Virus record (IMG/VR): IMGVR_UViG_3300036846_000743
Location: 1-64,000 of that record
Strand: one strand, 5' to 3'
DNA length: 64,000 nucleotides
Part shown: positions 27,519 to 36,982 of the stretch, piece by piece
Layout: every line of letters starts with the position of its first letter
Position numbering within the stretch: position 1 is the stretch's first letter
Notes under the pieces: generated by a model
Told to the model about the DNA's origin: nothing
The model's input: the letters and a program-made list of their open reading frames with translations, nothing else
The model's database searches: none
Position numbers and translations under genes: made by a program

Positions 27519-29459
27519 ATGTCGGTTGGGATCAAGACACCAGGCAAAGATGAACGAGTTGCGGAGCGACGTCTCAGAGAGACAGCCGCGGCACTGGCCG
27601 ATCTCAAGAAAGTCGAGCAAGACGGCCGCGCAATCAGCGACGTCGATCGGATCATCGCGATCCGGAAGCTGTGCGAAGCTGGCTCGATCCACACTCTGGA
27701 ACCGCTTCTGCCGCTCCTGTTCAACCTGAACGGCCGGCCATACAGTCTCTACGACTACTTCCCGTTCAGCCCGGTCTTCCGGACCCGGATGCCAACCAAC
27801 CTGGTCTTGATGACCGGCCGGCAGGTCTCAAAGTCCACATCGATGGCCAGCCATGGCGTGGCCCTGTCCAATTCGATCCCTCACTTCTCGACCCTGTTCG
27901 TCACGCCCCGCTACGAGCAGATTCGCCGGTTCTCGACCGAATATGTCGGCGCCTTCATCAAGCAGTCGCCGGTACGGGACCTGTGGGTCTCGACCGAGAC
28001 CACCGGCAACGTGCTCTTGCGCACGTTTAACAACGGCTCCCGGATGTTCTTCTCGTTCGCGCTGCTCGATGTCGACCGGGTCCGCGGCATCCCCGCCCAG
28101 AAGGTCGGCATCGACGAGGCCCAGGACATGGACCCCGATCACGTCCCCATCATCCGGGAGACCATGTCGGCATCCAAAGAATATGGGATCACCCAGGTTA
28201 CGGGCACGCCCAAGACGCTCGACAACCTCATGCACGGCGAGTGGATGCGGTCGAGTCAGGCTGAATGGTTCACGCCCTGCTTTCGCTGCGGCGCCTGGAA
28301 CATCGCCAGCCTCGAATATCATCTCGAAGCGATGCTGGGCCCGTTTCACGACGATATCTCCGAGGCCAACCCAGGAACGATCTGTCACAAGTGCCGGCGG
28401 CCTATCAACCCACGCTATGGCCGGTGGGTACATCGGCACCCTGATCGCCGCTGGAGCCGGTTAGGGCTGCATGTGCCCCAGCCGATCATGCCCCTGCACT
28501 ATGCGATCCCCAAGAAATGGTCCGAGCTACTCCAGAAACGGGAAGGGGCTGCGAATACGGCCCCACACGTCTTCATCAATGAGTCACTGGGCGAGTCGTC
28601 GGCCACGGGCAATCAGCTGGTCACCTTGCCTGACCTCCAGGAGGCGGCCGAGCTGGACTGGGAGAACAATCCCCTGGAACCGCACCCGGACGTGATCGCA
28701 CGGCTGTCTCGCTACCGGATGATCGTCATGGGGGTCGACTGGGGCGGTGGCGGCGAAGACGGGGTGTCCTTCACCGTCCTGGCCCTGCTCGGGTTTCGCC
28801 ATGACGGCAATATCGACGTGATCTGGGGCCGGCGGCTCCTGAACCCTCACGAGCACATCAAGGAAGCCGAAGAGATCTACAAGTACTACCAGCTGTTCAA
28901 ACCGACTTACATCGCGCATGACTACACCGGGGCCGGAATTCTCCGGGAGACCTTCCTGATCCAGGCTGGAATTCACATCGACCGGATCTTACCGATCCAG
29001 TACGTCCGGTCGGCAACGCACTCGCTCATGACATTTCACCAGGCCACGCCCCAGCACCAGCGATCACGGTATTCGCTGGACAAGACCCGCAGCCTGATCT
29101 ACGTGACCTCGGCGATCAAGCTCAAGATGATCCGGTTCTTCAAGTACGACTACAAGTCCGACGATATACCGGGATTGCTCCACGACTTCCTGGCCCTGAT
29201 CGACGAGAAACGGCCGGGAACCCACGCAGGCGACATTTACCTGATCAAGCGAGCCACCGGCTTCACCGATGACTTTGCCCAGGCAGTTAATATCGGCTGT
29301 GCCACGCTCTGGCATGCCAACGATGCCTGGCCCAACTTCGCCGCCGGCGCCAATTACCGGCTTACTCCGGATCAGGTGCGCCAGGCCGGGAATGTCGATG
29401 TTGGCTGGACTGACGACGATGTCCGTGCTGATGCCGGCGGATATTTCGCGAATCCATGA
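27519..29459 (+). CDS. terL: Terminase large subunit (GpA-like ATPase, zinc finger, RNase H-like nuclease)
   Basis: Walker A GRQVSKST, Walker B VGIDEAQD, coupling motif TGTPKT, CFRC...CHKC, nuclease MGVDWGGG and C-terminal DDFAQA. Confidence 0.85.
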   Translation: MSVGIKTPGKDERVAERRLRETAAALADLKKVEQDGRAISDVDRIIAIRKLCEAGSIHTLEPLLPLLFNLNGRPYSLYDYFPFSPVFRTRMPTNLVLMTGRQVSKSTSMASHGVALSNSIPHFSTLFVTPRYEQIRRFSTEYVGAFIKQSPVRDLWVSTETTGNVLLRTFNNGSRMFFSFALLDVDRVRGIPAQKVGIDEAQDMDPDHVPIIRETMSASKEYGITQVTGTPKTLDNLMHGEWMRSSQAEWFTPCFRCGAWNIASLEYHLEAMLGPFHDDISEANPGTICHKCRRPINPRYGRWVHRHPDRRWSRLGLHVPQPIMPLHYAIPKKWSELLQKREGAANTAPHVFINESLGESSATGNQLVTLPDLQEAAELDWENNPLEPHPDVIARLSRYRMIVMGVDWGGGGEDGVSFTVLALLGFRHDGNIDVIWGRRLLNPHEHIKEAEEIYKYYQLFKPTYIAHDYTGAGILRETFLIQAGIHIDRILPIQYVRSATHSLMTFHQATPQHQRSRYSLDKTRSLIYVTSAIKLKMIRFFKYDYKSDDIPGLLHDFLALIDEKRPGTHAGDIYLIKRATGFTDDFAQAVNIGCATLWHANDAWPNFAAGANYRLTPDQVRQAGNVDVGWTDDDVRADAGGYFANP

Positions 29460-29770
29460 CCTGGCCGCGCCAACAGCGAGCGCGCGGAATAGACGAAGGG
29501 GGCACCCGGGGCAGGCTACGACCTGTAGACCGCACCCGGGTAACCCACCACACCAGAGCCACGAGCAATGTCGCGGAGGTACTGACGAGCAAAGCCGTGA
29601 CCATGGATCCTTCCCTCCGTGGTTATAAGTTACGTTATCCGGGACGACCTGTGATCAGCAGGCCGGGGCCCGGATAACTACCATGCCGCAAGGTCCGGTG
29701 CCAAGGTGCTCAACACCGGGGGTCGGCAGCGACATGGGTCTGCCTCTAATTCGGTTACGCCGCGTAAGAC

Positions 29771-30115
29771 TCAAACGACTTCTTCCAGCGCGTCCTCCAG
29801 ATCGGCGTCTTCCTCATCGTCGTCATCATCCTCCTCGTCGAAGTCGTCCTCATCATCGTCATCGTCGAGACTATCGAGTTCGTCGTCGAGGTCCTCGTCG
29901 TCATCCTCCTCGAACTCTTCCGGGCTCATGTCGGCATCCTCGTCGATGTGCTCGACCTCTTCGCTTTCATCGACGATGCCGACGTCATCGTCATCATCGT
30001 CGCCTGCAAGGTAGCGCGCTTCACTGGCACTGACGTCATCACCTGCGAGATAGCCCGCTTCGCTGTCAGCGATATCCTCGGCCACATCACACTGATCATC
30101 CGGGGAAAAAGCCAT
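29771..30115 (-). CDS. Hyper-acidic protein
   Basis: MAFSPDD...; dominated by D/E, with no Lys and one Arg; AATAGGAG RBS. Confidence 0.7.
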   Translation of the reverse strand: MAFSPDDQCDVAEDIADSEAGYLAGDDVSASEARYLAGDDDDDDVGIVDESEEVEHIDEDADMSPEEFEEDDDEDLDDELDSLDDDDDEDDFDEEDDDDDEEDADLEDALEEVV

Positions 30116-30125
30116 GTTGAAACTC

Positions 30126-32864
30126 CTATTTGGCGACACTGAGATCGAACCTGTCGTCATGCCGGCGATCGTCCATGTGCTGGCGCAACCAGCTTTCCGG
30201 TACGACCCACCCAGCAACGTAGTCCTGGTCCCGCTCCTCGAGCAGGACACCTGATGAGCGTAGACTCAGGGAGATCGCATCGACATCCAGCGCGATCGCC
30301 AGCCGTTTTGCGAGACTCTCGTTGACTCCCCATTTCGGTATATGAACCAGGTCTCCACCGAGTACAATGATGGCGCGCTGCGCATTGGCGCCTGGCGGCG
30401 ACAGTCGCAGCTCACCACTGTCAATCAATCGACACACTAGCCGGCCGAACCTGGCACTGCGCGCAGTGGGATCGTCGGCGTAGATGTATTGCCTGGCCCG
30501 GTCGACCACCCGCGACGAGGCAACCCGCCCGTACCAGGCGGCCAGGTCCCGATGAACCGCGTCGAGCAGACTTCCCCCGACATCCAGATCGAGCCTGCGT
30601 TCGCAGAGATCCTTGAGGTAGTTCACGAGCACCGTGGCGCCATGCTCCCGGACCCGATCTGTAGTCACACTGTTTGAACACATAAGCACGTGCCAGCCAC
30701 CTGTCACGGAGAGCACCTCGGCGGGCCATGAGCCCGCCGCGGCAACAACTCCAGGCTGGATCGTGCCCAGGGTTTCGGCATGGACGACGCCAGCAGGATC
30801 ATCGCTGAGTCCATTGTGCCGGATCATGAGCAATGGCCAGCGGTGACCCTGGTCCAGCAATCGCTGCGCCGCTACAGCCAACCCGCGCTTGTGGTAGCCG
30901 CCCGATGCATAGGCTTCGAGACAGCCAAAAGCCCGCGCCACCGCCTGGCCCGCGCCAACAGCTCCCGCGCCGACCAAAGCGGTCGAGCTTCTCGGCATGC
31001 CCAGGGCCGGCGACAGGATATCGGTCAGCAGACAGACGGTTGCCGCCCAGAACAGCTCGTTGGCCTCGTCGCTCCAGGCCAGAGCGACCCTGGCTCCGGG
31101 TGTCATACCATCGGGCATAGTCAGCCCGGAGCCAGGCATGATCGTCTCGGCAGGCACCACATAGTCAGGGGCCACGACCTCGCCGTTGCCACGCAGGATG
31201 AACTGGGGCAAAGCAAAAGCATTACGATCATCGTCCCAGCCGACCATGTCGAGGCCGTGAATTGATTGTGGCGGCTCGAGCTGCTGGGCGATGTTCAGTA
31301 TGAACCGTGACCAGTACGTACCGCCGATAATAACTTCACCCAGACCAGCCTGGCCCACCTTGGTCTTGAGCCAGCGCAGTGTATTCTTCTCGATCTCAGA
31401 GTCGGGCGCCCAGAATGGCAGCGACTGGCCCTTGTACTCGATGCGGCCCCGATAGGAGACGGCCCCACCGGCCGACCGGATCACCTGGTCGATCCGCAGG
31501 ATGGCGTCGCAGACCAGCTCACCGGTCGAAGAGACCCGCCAGGCCCCGCAGGACTCGATGACCGTCTTGCCGGAGATGGTTACACCTCTGGGCTTGCCCA
31601 CGTCCGTGAACAGGGCGGCCAGGCGTGCCCTGGTGTCGTCGGCACAGGCCCGCAGAAAGCCAGCGGTCTCGTCGGGCTTGAGCTTCAGCCCCAGGACCAG
31701 CTCTTCAGCCTTGGCAGGCGCCAGCTGGCTCAGGAGGGCCTCCAGGGCTGCATCCCAGGGCCTGGCGGCTGCCACCATGCCCTGAACAGCCAGGATCGGC
31801 CGTGATCGCTCCAGGTGCCCGGCAACGGCCTGCCCGGCAGGCGCCAGGGCGACCTGTCCGTCCGCCAGCCTGGCTCTGGTAAGCAATTGTCCATTAGGTT
31901 CGGGTGACCAATGAACCAGGTTCCGCCGCGGCAGTATCGGCCAGATGGACTTGAACTCCCGCCGGCCCCAGGCCCCGACCACGGGCAGGAACGTGTCGGT
32001 ATTGACCAGATGCCGGAGCTGGATCCGCAATGCCATCACCGGATCTTCGACCACCACGACTGTGGAACCGAACTCGCGGTGCATGGTAAGCGCAGCGTCC
32101 AGCATGCTCACGCCAATAGCATAGGGCACCCCGGCCTTGAAGGTGAGAATGGGGGCGAAGACAAAGTCCTCCGGCCAGTGCGCCTCGCGGCCGATGAACA
32201 TGAGGCCCGAGATGCGGCCCGGGACGTCGCGATAGGCGACGACCAGGAGATCACGCCAGCCGCGGCCCGGGAACAAAGGCGCCCATCCCACGCCGCCCAC
32301 TCCTGTCATGCCGTGCTTGAGCCGGTAGGCCAGAACGCCGGGCCGCAGGAGCTTCTCGGCCTCGATGACGGGACAATGGCCCACGAACCGACCGCCACGC
32401 CGTGGCCATTCGGGAGCATGCATCATGCCGGGAGCGATACCCAGCTTGCGCTGCGCCGGGCCGGTGCCGCCGATATCGCTGGTCGATGCACGGGCGGTAT
32501 CCCAGAACGCCAGCACCTGCTTACGGAAAGCGGCTTTCTTCTCTTGCAGATCGAGCTTCTCAGGCTCCAACAAGTTGGGTGGAATGGGCAATCCCCGGGC
32601 AACCAGCTTGAGGATGGCGCTGCCGACCGAGATCTGGCCGGCGGCCGCCGTCAGGTCGACGGGATCACCCGCGAAGCCGCATCCGGTACAATGATACCAG
32701 TGGCCTGGCTTCGCCGGCTCCTTGTAGACTGTGAGCGACTGTCGCTGGCACAATGGGCAGCGAACCAGGGCCGGTAATACCGAGCCCTGCACCGACACGC
32801 CGAGCACCGGCAGTACACTCGTCCAGGGCAAGTACGCGTTGAGGGAGGGACCCCGTGATGCCAC
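30126..32864 (-). CDS. Primase/helicase-architecture protein with degenerate catalytic motifs
   Basis: N-terminal CPLC...WYHCTGCGFAGD (CHC2-like zinc finger), TOPRIM-like VVVVED lacking DxD, DUF927-like VGW segment. Confidence 0.55.
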   Translation of the reverse strand: MASRGPSLNAYLPWTSVLPVLGVSVQGSVLPALVRCPLCQRQSLTVYKEPAKPGHWYHCTGCGFAGDPVDLTAAAGQISVGSAILKLVARGLPIPPNLLEPEKLDLQEKKAAFRKQVLAFWDTARASTSDIGGTGPAQRKLGIAPGMMHAPEWPRRGGRFVGHCPVIEAEKLLRPGVLAYRLKHGMTGVGGVGWAPLFPGRGWRDLLVVAYRDVPGRISGLMFIGREAHWPEDFVFAPILTFKAGVPYAIGVSMLDAALTMHREFGSTVVVVEDPVMALRIQLRHLVNTDTFLPVVGAWGRREFKSIWPILPRRNLVHWSPEPNGQLLTRARLADGQVALAPAGQAVAGHLERSRPILAVQGMVAAARPWDAALEALLSQLAPAKAEELVLGLKLKPDETAGFLRACADDTRARLAALFTDVGKPRGVTISGKTVIESCGAWRVSSTGELVCDAILRIDQVIRSAGGAVSYRGRIEYKGQSLPFWAPDSEIEKNTLRWLKTKVGQAGLGEVIIGGTYWSRFILNIAQQLEPPQSIHGLDMVGWDDDRNAFALPQFILRGNGEVVAPDYVVPAETIMPGSGLTMPDGMTPGARVALAWSDEANELFWAATVCLLTDILSPALGMPRSSTALVGAGAVGAGQAVARAFGCLEAYASGGYHKRGLAVAAQRLLDQGHRWPLLMIRHNGLSDDPAGVVHAETLGTIQPGVVAAAGSWPAEVLSVTGGWHVLMCSNSVTTDRVREHGATVLVNYLKDLCERRLDLDVGGSLLDAVHRDLAAWYGRVASSRVVDRARQYIYADDPTARSARFGRLVCRLIDSGELRLSPPGANAQRAIIVLGGDLVHIPKWGVNESLAKRLAIALDVDAISLSLRSSGVLLEERDQDYVAGWVVPESWLRQHMDDRRHDDRFDLSVAK

Positions 32865-34024
32865 AGCAGATCCTCGACCAGACGACCGATCTCAACGGTC
32901 AGGAACAATTCCGCCTGTGCCAGCTCTATGAGGCACCGGACTTCGTCAAGCAAGCCAGCGTCGAGCAACTGTGCGGAATGGAGACCACACCGCCGCACCT
33001 GTTCGCTGACCAATTGCACCGACGCTACCCAATGGGCACCAAAGCTGCAACCTGGTTGTCATCAGTCTTCTTCGTCGAGAAACGAGCCGAGCTGGCTCCC
33101 CGCGAAGCCGCAATGATCGACGCCAGGCTGATGGAGGCGGCCGACTACTGGGGGCTCGCGAACCAATTCGCTGCGCTCAAGGAGAAAGCCGCCGAGATGG
33201 CCCAGGACGACCTATCCAGGCTACCCAACGAAGACTTCGCATGGGTAGCCGGAACCGAGCGGCAGCTGCCGCTGCGCAATGCCCTGGAGGTCAAGGCCGC
33301 TGCGGAGTACCTGCACAAGTGGCGAGACGAGTTCGCCTTCCCCGATCGCCAGAAGATGGCTCGAGCAATTCTTCAGAAGGCTGCGCGCTACGGGGCTGGT
33401 CTCAGCGATCACGATGAGTTCCTCGAACGGGTGGCTGGCTTTGGCGGTTGCAGCGCGACCGAGGCCGCGCAGCTGGTCTACGATCGGGCCAAGCTGGCCC
33501 GCGCCAAGGATCAGGAAGTCGCGACCGAGCTGGAGAAGATGGCCCAGATGATCCTGGCCAATCCAGTCAAGTCACGCTCGCCCCACCGGCTGGCCAAGGT
33601 CGCCGAGACCATCGATCAGCTCGACAGGTTCCTGCATCTGCGTGACTATTCGGAGGCGATACCGAGGGCCGAAGACGTGCTCTTCAGGATCACCAAGAAG
33701 ACAGCCTCCGCTTTCGCCGAGCAGCACCTGGCGACCCAGAGCGGCAGCGTTTATGATCGCGACGACCTGGCCCGGCTGCGGACCAAGGACGTGCGGCGTT
33801 TCCTGGGCGACGAGCTGGCTGACGCCACCACCGGCGACGGTATTCATGTCGACGGTACCAAACTAGCTGAGATCGTACCCACGCTACCGCTGGGTGACGC
33901 CCGGATCTTCGATCAATTGTGCAGTGATGTTGGTGTTCGCCGGTTCGCCAAGGAGGCCGCAGCCAGGCAGGGACTCACCAGGCAGGACCTGCTTGGAATG
34001 GCGGCTGCTCATCGTCCCAAGTGA
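32855..34024 (+). CDS. Hypothetical protein (possibly virion-associated)
   Basis: 389 aa Ala-rich helical ORF; GAGGGAGG RBS. Confidence 0.7.
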   Translation: MMPQQILDQTTDLNGQEQFRLCQLYEAPDFVKQASVEQLCGMETTPPHLFADQLHRRYPMGTKAATWLSSVFFVEKRAELAPREAAMIDARLMEAADYWGLANQFAALKEKAAEMAQDDLSRLPNEDFAWVAGTERQLPLRNALEVKAAAEYLHKWRDEFAFPDRQKMARAILQKAARYGAGLSDHDEFLERVAGFGGCSATEAAQLVYDRAKLARAKDQEVATELEKMAQMILANPVKSRSPHRLAKVAETIDQLDRFLHLRDYSEAIPRAEDVLFRITKKTASAFAEQHLATQSGSVYDRDDLARLRTKDVRRFLGDELADATTGDGIHVDGTKLAEIVPTLPLGDARIFDQLCSDVGVRRFAKEAAARQGLTRQDLLGMAAAHRPK

Positions 34025-34042
34025 CAATCACGGAGGTCTTCA

Positions 34043-34318
34043 ATGAACATGCTGTACTCGGCGATCACGATCCTGATCGCCGTCACTTCGCTGCCGATCG
34101 TGTTCGCGGACGTCAGCTTGCTGACCGTCGTCATAGTTGTAGCCGCATTCCTGATCGCCGGTGCCCTGATTGCCCTGCTCGACAAGTTTCTGGGCGAGAA
34201 GATCGGTTACCCACGATGGTTTGTGCACATGGCTTACGGACTGCTGGCCCTGATCGTGGTCCTGTACTTGTGCAAGGAATTCGGGGTCTTCCAGTTGCTC
34301 AATTCAGTGCGAGTATAA
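34043..34318 (+). CDS. Small multi-pass membrane protein
   Basis: Three hydrophobic stretches; GGAGG RBS. Confidence 0.65.
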   Translation: MNMLYSAITILIAVTSLPIVFADVSLLTVVIVVAAFLIAGALIALLDKFLGEKIGYPRWFVHMAYGLLALIVVLYLCKEFGVFQLLNSVRV

Positions 34319-34980
34319 TGGATCAAATGCTACTGGAATATTTATTCGAGGGTGATCCTTACGCCGGCTTTCCGGCGGACGACTATCCCCTGAATTATGA
34401 CAGCCCTGGCTTCAGCTTGCCCTGGAGATTGCTCAGCCATGTCGCAGAGATCAAGCCCAGCCGGATCATCGAGGTCGGTACCTGGAAAGGCAACTCGGCC
34501 TTCTTCATGGCCGACAAGATGACCGAGGCCGGCGCGCCATTCGAGATGGTCTGCGTGGACACCTGGCTGGGCTCGCGCGAGATGTGGGTAGCCGGGGAGC
34601 GCAAAGGGCGATGGGAGACGCTCAAGCTCAAGCACGGATACCCAACGCTCTTCTACCAGTTCCTGAGCAACGTTATTCACAAGGGATACCAGAAGTCGAT
34701 CATCCCGTTCCCGAACACGAGCTACGTCGCCTACGAGGTGCTCAAGCAACTGAACTATACGGCACAGTTCATTTACATCGACGCCAACCATGACTACGCG
34801 GACGTGTACAACGATATCACACACTACTGGGACCTGGTCGAGCCCGGCGGTATGCTGTGCGGAGACGACTACGGCTGGACCGGCGTGCACAGGGCGGTCA
34901 CCCAGTTCGCGGCCGAGAAAGGCTGCGACGTGAAGGTCGACACCAGCGAACAGTCCTGGCGGGGACTCAAGTGCAAGTAA
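34318..34980 (+). CDS. Class I SAM-dependent methyltransferase (Methyltransf_24-like)
   Basis: IIEVGTWKGNSA, VCVDTWLGS, FIYIDANHDY, GGMLCGDDY. Confidence 0.9.
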   Translation: MDQMLLEYLFEGDPYAGFPADDYPLNYDSPGFSLPWRLLSHVAEIKPSRIIEVGTWKGNSAFFMADKMTEAGAPFEMVCVDTWLGSREMWVAGERKGRWETLKLKHGYPTLFYQFLSNVIHKGYQKSIIPFPNTSYVAYEVLKQLNYTAQFIYIDANHDYADVYNDITHYWDLVEPGGMLCGDDYGWTGVHRAVTQFAAEKGCDVKVDTSEQSWRGLKCK

Positions 34981-35819
34981 GAACAGTCACGCCAGCTGGT
35001 CGCGCCCGCTACGTGGCGATCCTGCATCAGTACCTGCTGCGTAACCGGCACATCATCGATAAGCACATCTGGTGGCGGAATACCGACCACGAGCCCGACG
35101 TTCGCTACCTGCGACAGCTGGTGGACGAGTTCCCTGACTTCTACGAGATCCAGGAGCAAAAAGAGCCCTGGTACAAGGACACGTTCAATATTCACCGGTT
35201 CTATCCAGACTGCGCTTGCGATCCGGACACGGTCTACATCAGGTTCGATGACGACATCTGCTGGATGGCCGACGACGCGATCGAGAAGCTCGTCGCCTGC
35301 CGGCTTGCCCACCCCAAGCCGTTCCTTGTCTTCGGGAACATCGTCAACAATGCAATCTGTAATTGCATTCATCAACAGATCGGAGCAATCCCGGCGGATC
35401 TGCCCCTGACCTGGAAAGCCACGTGCCCCTTCTCGTGGGAAAATGGCTGGGCCGGCTTTCTTTTCCATGAATTCTTCTTCAAGCACTGCATGGACAAGAC
35501 GCTGGATAGATACAAGTTCGGCATTCCCAACACACTCATTAGTTACGAACGGTTCTCGATCAGCGTCGCCTCCTGGCTGGGGAAAGACTTCGCCAAGTTC
35601 GGCGGCGAAGTGGGAGGCGATGAAGAATGGTGGCTCAGCGAGGTCAAGCCCGCCGAACTGAAACGGCCCTGCATGATCTGCGGCGATGCCCTTTTCGTTC
35701 ATTTTGCGTTTCATACCCAACGACCGTACCTGGAGCAGCGCTCGACCTGTCTGGCTGCATACGAGGTCCTTGCGAGATCGCACGACATCCAGGAAATACC
35801 CAGCTTGCTATGTGAATAA
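34971..35819 (+). CDS. GT-A fold glycosyltransferase-like protein
   Basis: VTPAGRARY N-terminus and TVYIRFDDDICW DxD-like motif. Confidence 0.65.
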   Translation: MQVRTVTPAGRARYVAILHQYLLRNRHIIDKHIWWRNTDHEPDVRYLRQLVDEFPDFYEIQEQKEPWYKDTFNIHRFYPDCACDPDTVYIRFDDDICWMADDAIEKLVACRLAHPKPFLVFGNIVNNAICNCIHQQIGAIPADLPLTWKATCPFSWENGWAGFLFHEFFFKHCMDKTLDRYKFGIPNTLISYERFSISVASWLGKDFAKFGGEVGGDEEWWLSEVKPAELKRPCMICGDALFVHFAFHTQRPYLEQRSTCLAAYEVLARSHDIQEIPSLLCE

Positions 35820-35843
35820 GGGCGTGGCCTGAAGGCCACGCCC
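35820..35843. terminator. Hairpin between convergent genes
   Basis: GGGCGTGGCC-TGAA-GGCCACGCCC, a perfect 10-bp stem. Confidence 0.6.
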
Positions 35844-35901
35844 TCTCTCAGCTGGGCTCGCAGTCGCGCATAGCCCACGCCTGATCGCCGCCCCCGTCAT
35901 A

Positions 35902-36282
35902 TCAGGAAAGCGACGTTCGCCAGCAGTAGCCTTTGAGCCACTCTTTGATTGGATGGATAGACCCCGTAGGCACTTTCCGGATTGCCGTGATCGCTGCGTC
36001 GGCAGCATCGTTCAGCGCCTGGGCTGCGGGCTCGCTCTTGGGATCGCTGCTGTAGAGTTCCCAGCCGGCAGCATCTCCGGGTAGATCCGGCTTGCGACCG
36101 AGAACGGCATCGCGCAGCAAGCCCTGCCAGATCCCGTCCGGCTCCGTGTCGTACGCGCCCTGCTTCCGCCACTTCTTCTGCACTTCCTCGAAAGCATGGA
36201 CCGCGTCCCTAACTTGATCCAGGTGGCTCTTGGTTGGCTGCTTGGTCTGGCTCATGACTTTCCTTTGCTGGAAATGAGACAT
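35902..36282 (-). CDS. Hypothetical protein
   Basis: 126 aa ORF; start 36282 or 36255. Confidence 0.55.
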   Translation of the reverse strand: MSHFQQRKVMSQTKQPTKSHLDQVRDAVHAFEEVQKKWRKQGAYDTEPDGIWQGLLRDAVLGRKPDLPGDAAGWELYSSDPKSEPAAQALNDAADAAITAIRKVPTGSIHPIKEWLKGYCWRTSLS

Positions 36283-36946
36283 AAACGGTCAGCGCCCCGT
36301 CCGTTGACTGCTTCGACTTGTTAGCGGCAGCCTTCCGGACCAAGGTGAGCAGACTTACATGATTGATCTCGAGCTGTGCCTGGACTGGCACATACTTGTA
36401 GCCGTCGCCATCCTTGATGCGAACCTGTGCATTGACGATCGTAAACGCCGTTGCCTCGCCGTCATTAGGACCGACGCCGATGGACTGGGCGCTCTGTCGC
36501 TTCATTGGTTCCTCCTTCTGTTCCTCCTGTGGTGCTTCGATAAAGCCAGCGTACGCAGTCATCGCCCACTGCACGGCACGTTCGCCAGATACTGTCATGA
36601 TCTCCTTGAGTGGCACGTGCTGGCCCTCCAGTGACTCCCAGAAGTACTCTGCGCACTGGAGCGCCAGCGCGTCGGCAACCTTGGCGACGGTATCATCGTG
36701 GCGAAGCATATCCTGAATGGCCCGAGCCCATTCTCCGATCTTTTCCTCCCGGGATACCGGCCTGATCTCGGGCCCATGACGTTCCGTGGGCCTGGTCAAG
36801 ATATTCCTCCCAGGGCCCTGAGCAGCGACCGTAAAAGCAGAAAGAGCCCGACCACGCTGGCGATCCCTAATACGACCGCGACGATACAGCCAATCAGGCA
36901 GCCATAGTCGGCAATCTTGTCCACAGTCTTGGCGTGAAACGTCCAC
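36209..36946 (-). CDS. Hypothetical protein(s); the listed ORF may merge two genes
   Basis: Internal GAAGGAGG RBS before MKRQSA. Confidence 0.4.
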   Translation of the reverse strand: MDVSRQDCGQDCRLWLPDWLYRRGRIRDRQRGRALSAFTVAAQGPGRNILTRPTERHGPEIRPVSREEKIGEWARAIQDMLRHDDTVAKVADALALQCAEYFWESLEGQHVPLKEIMTVSGERAVQWAMTAYAGFIEAPQEEQKEEPMKRQSAQSIGVGPNDGEATAFTIVNAQVRIKDGDGYKYVPVQAQLEINHVSLLTLVRKAAANKSKQSTDGALTVYVSFPAKESHEPDQAANQEPPGSS

Positions 36947-36982
36947 GTATTATCGGCCCGATCGTCAATTGGCCACGGGCTA

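Noticed and set aside
21056-29459. Inteins or introns in nrdJ or terL
   Set aside because: Both ORFs are continuous with expected lengths and motif spacing; no intein C...HN junction seen.
29706-30014. Poly-Ser ORF on the plus strand
   Set aside because: Antisense reading of the Asp/Glu codons of the acidic gene, which has the RBS.
34043-34318. Holin assignment for the 3-TM protein
   Set aside because: No endolysin nearby, and it is coupled to a methyltransferase; kept as a generic membrane protein.
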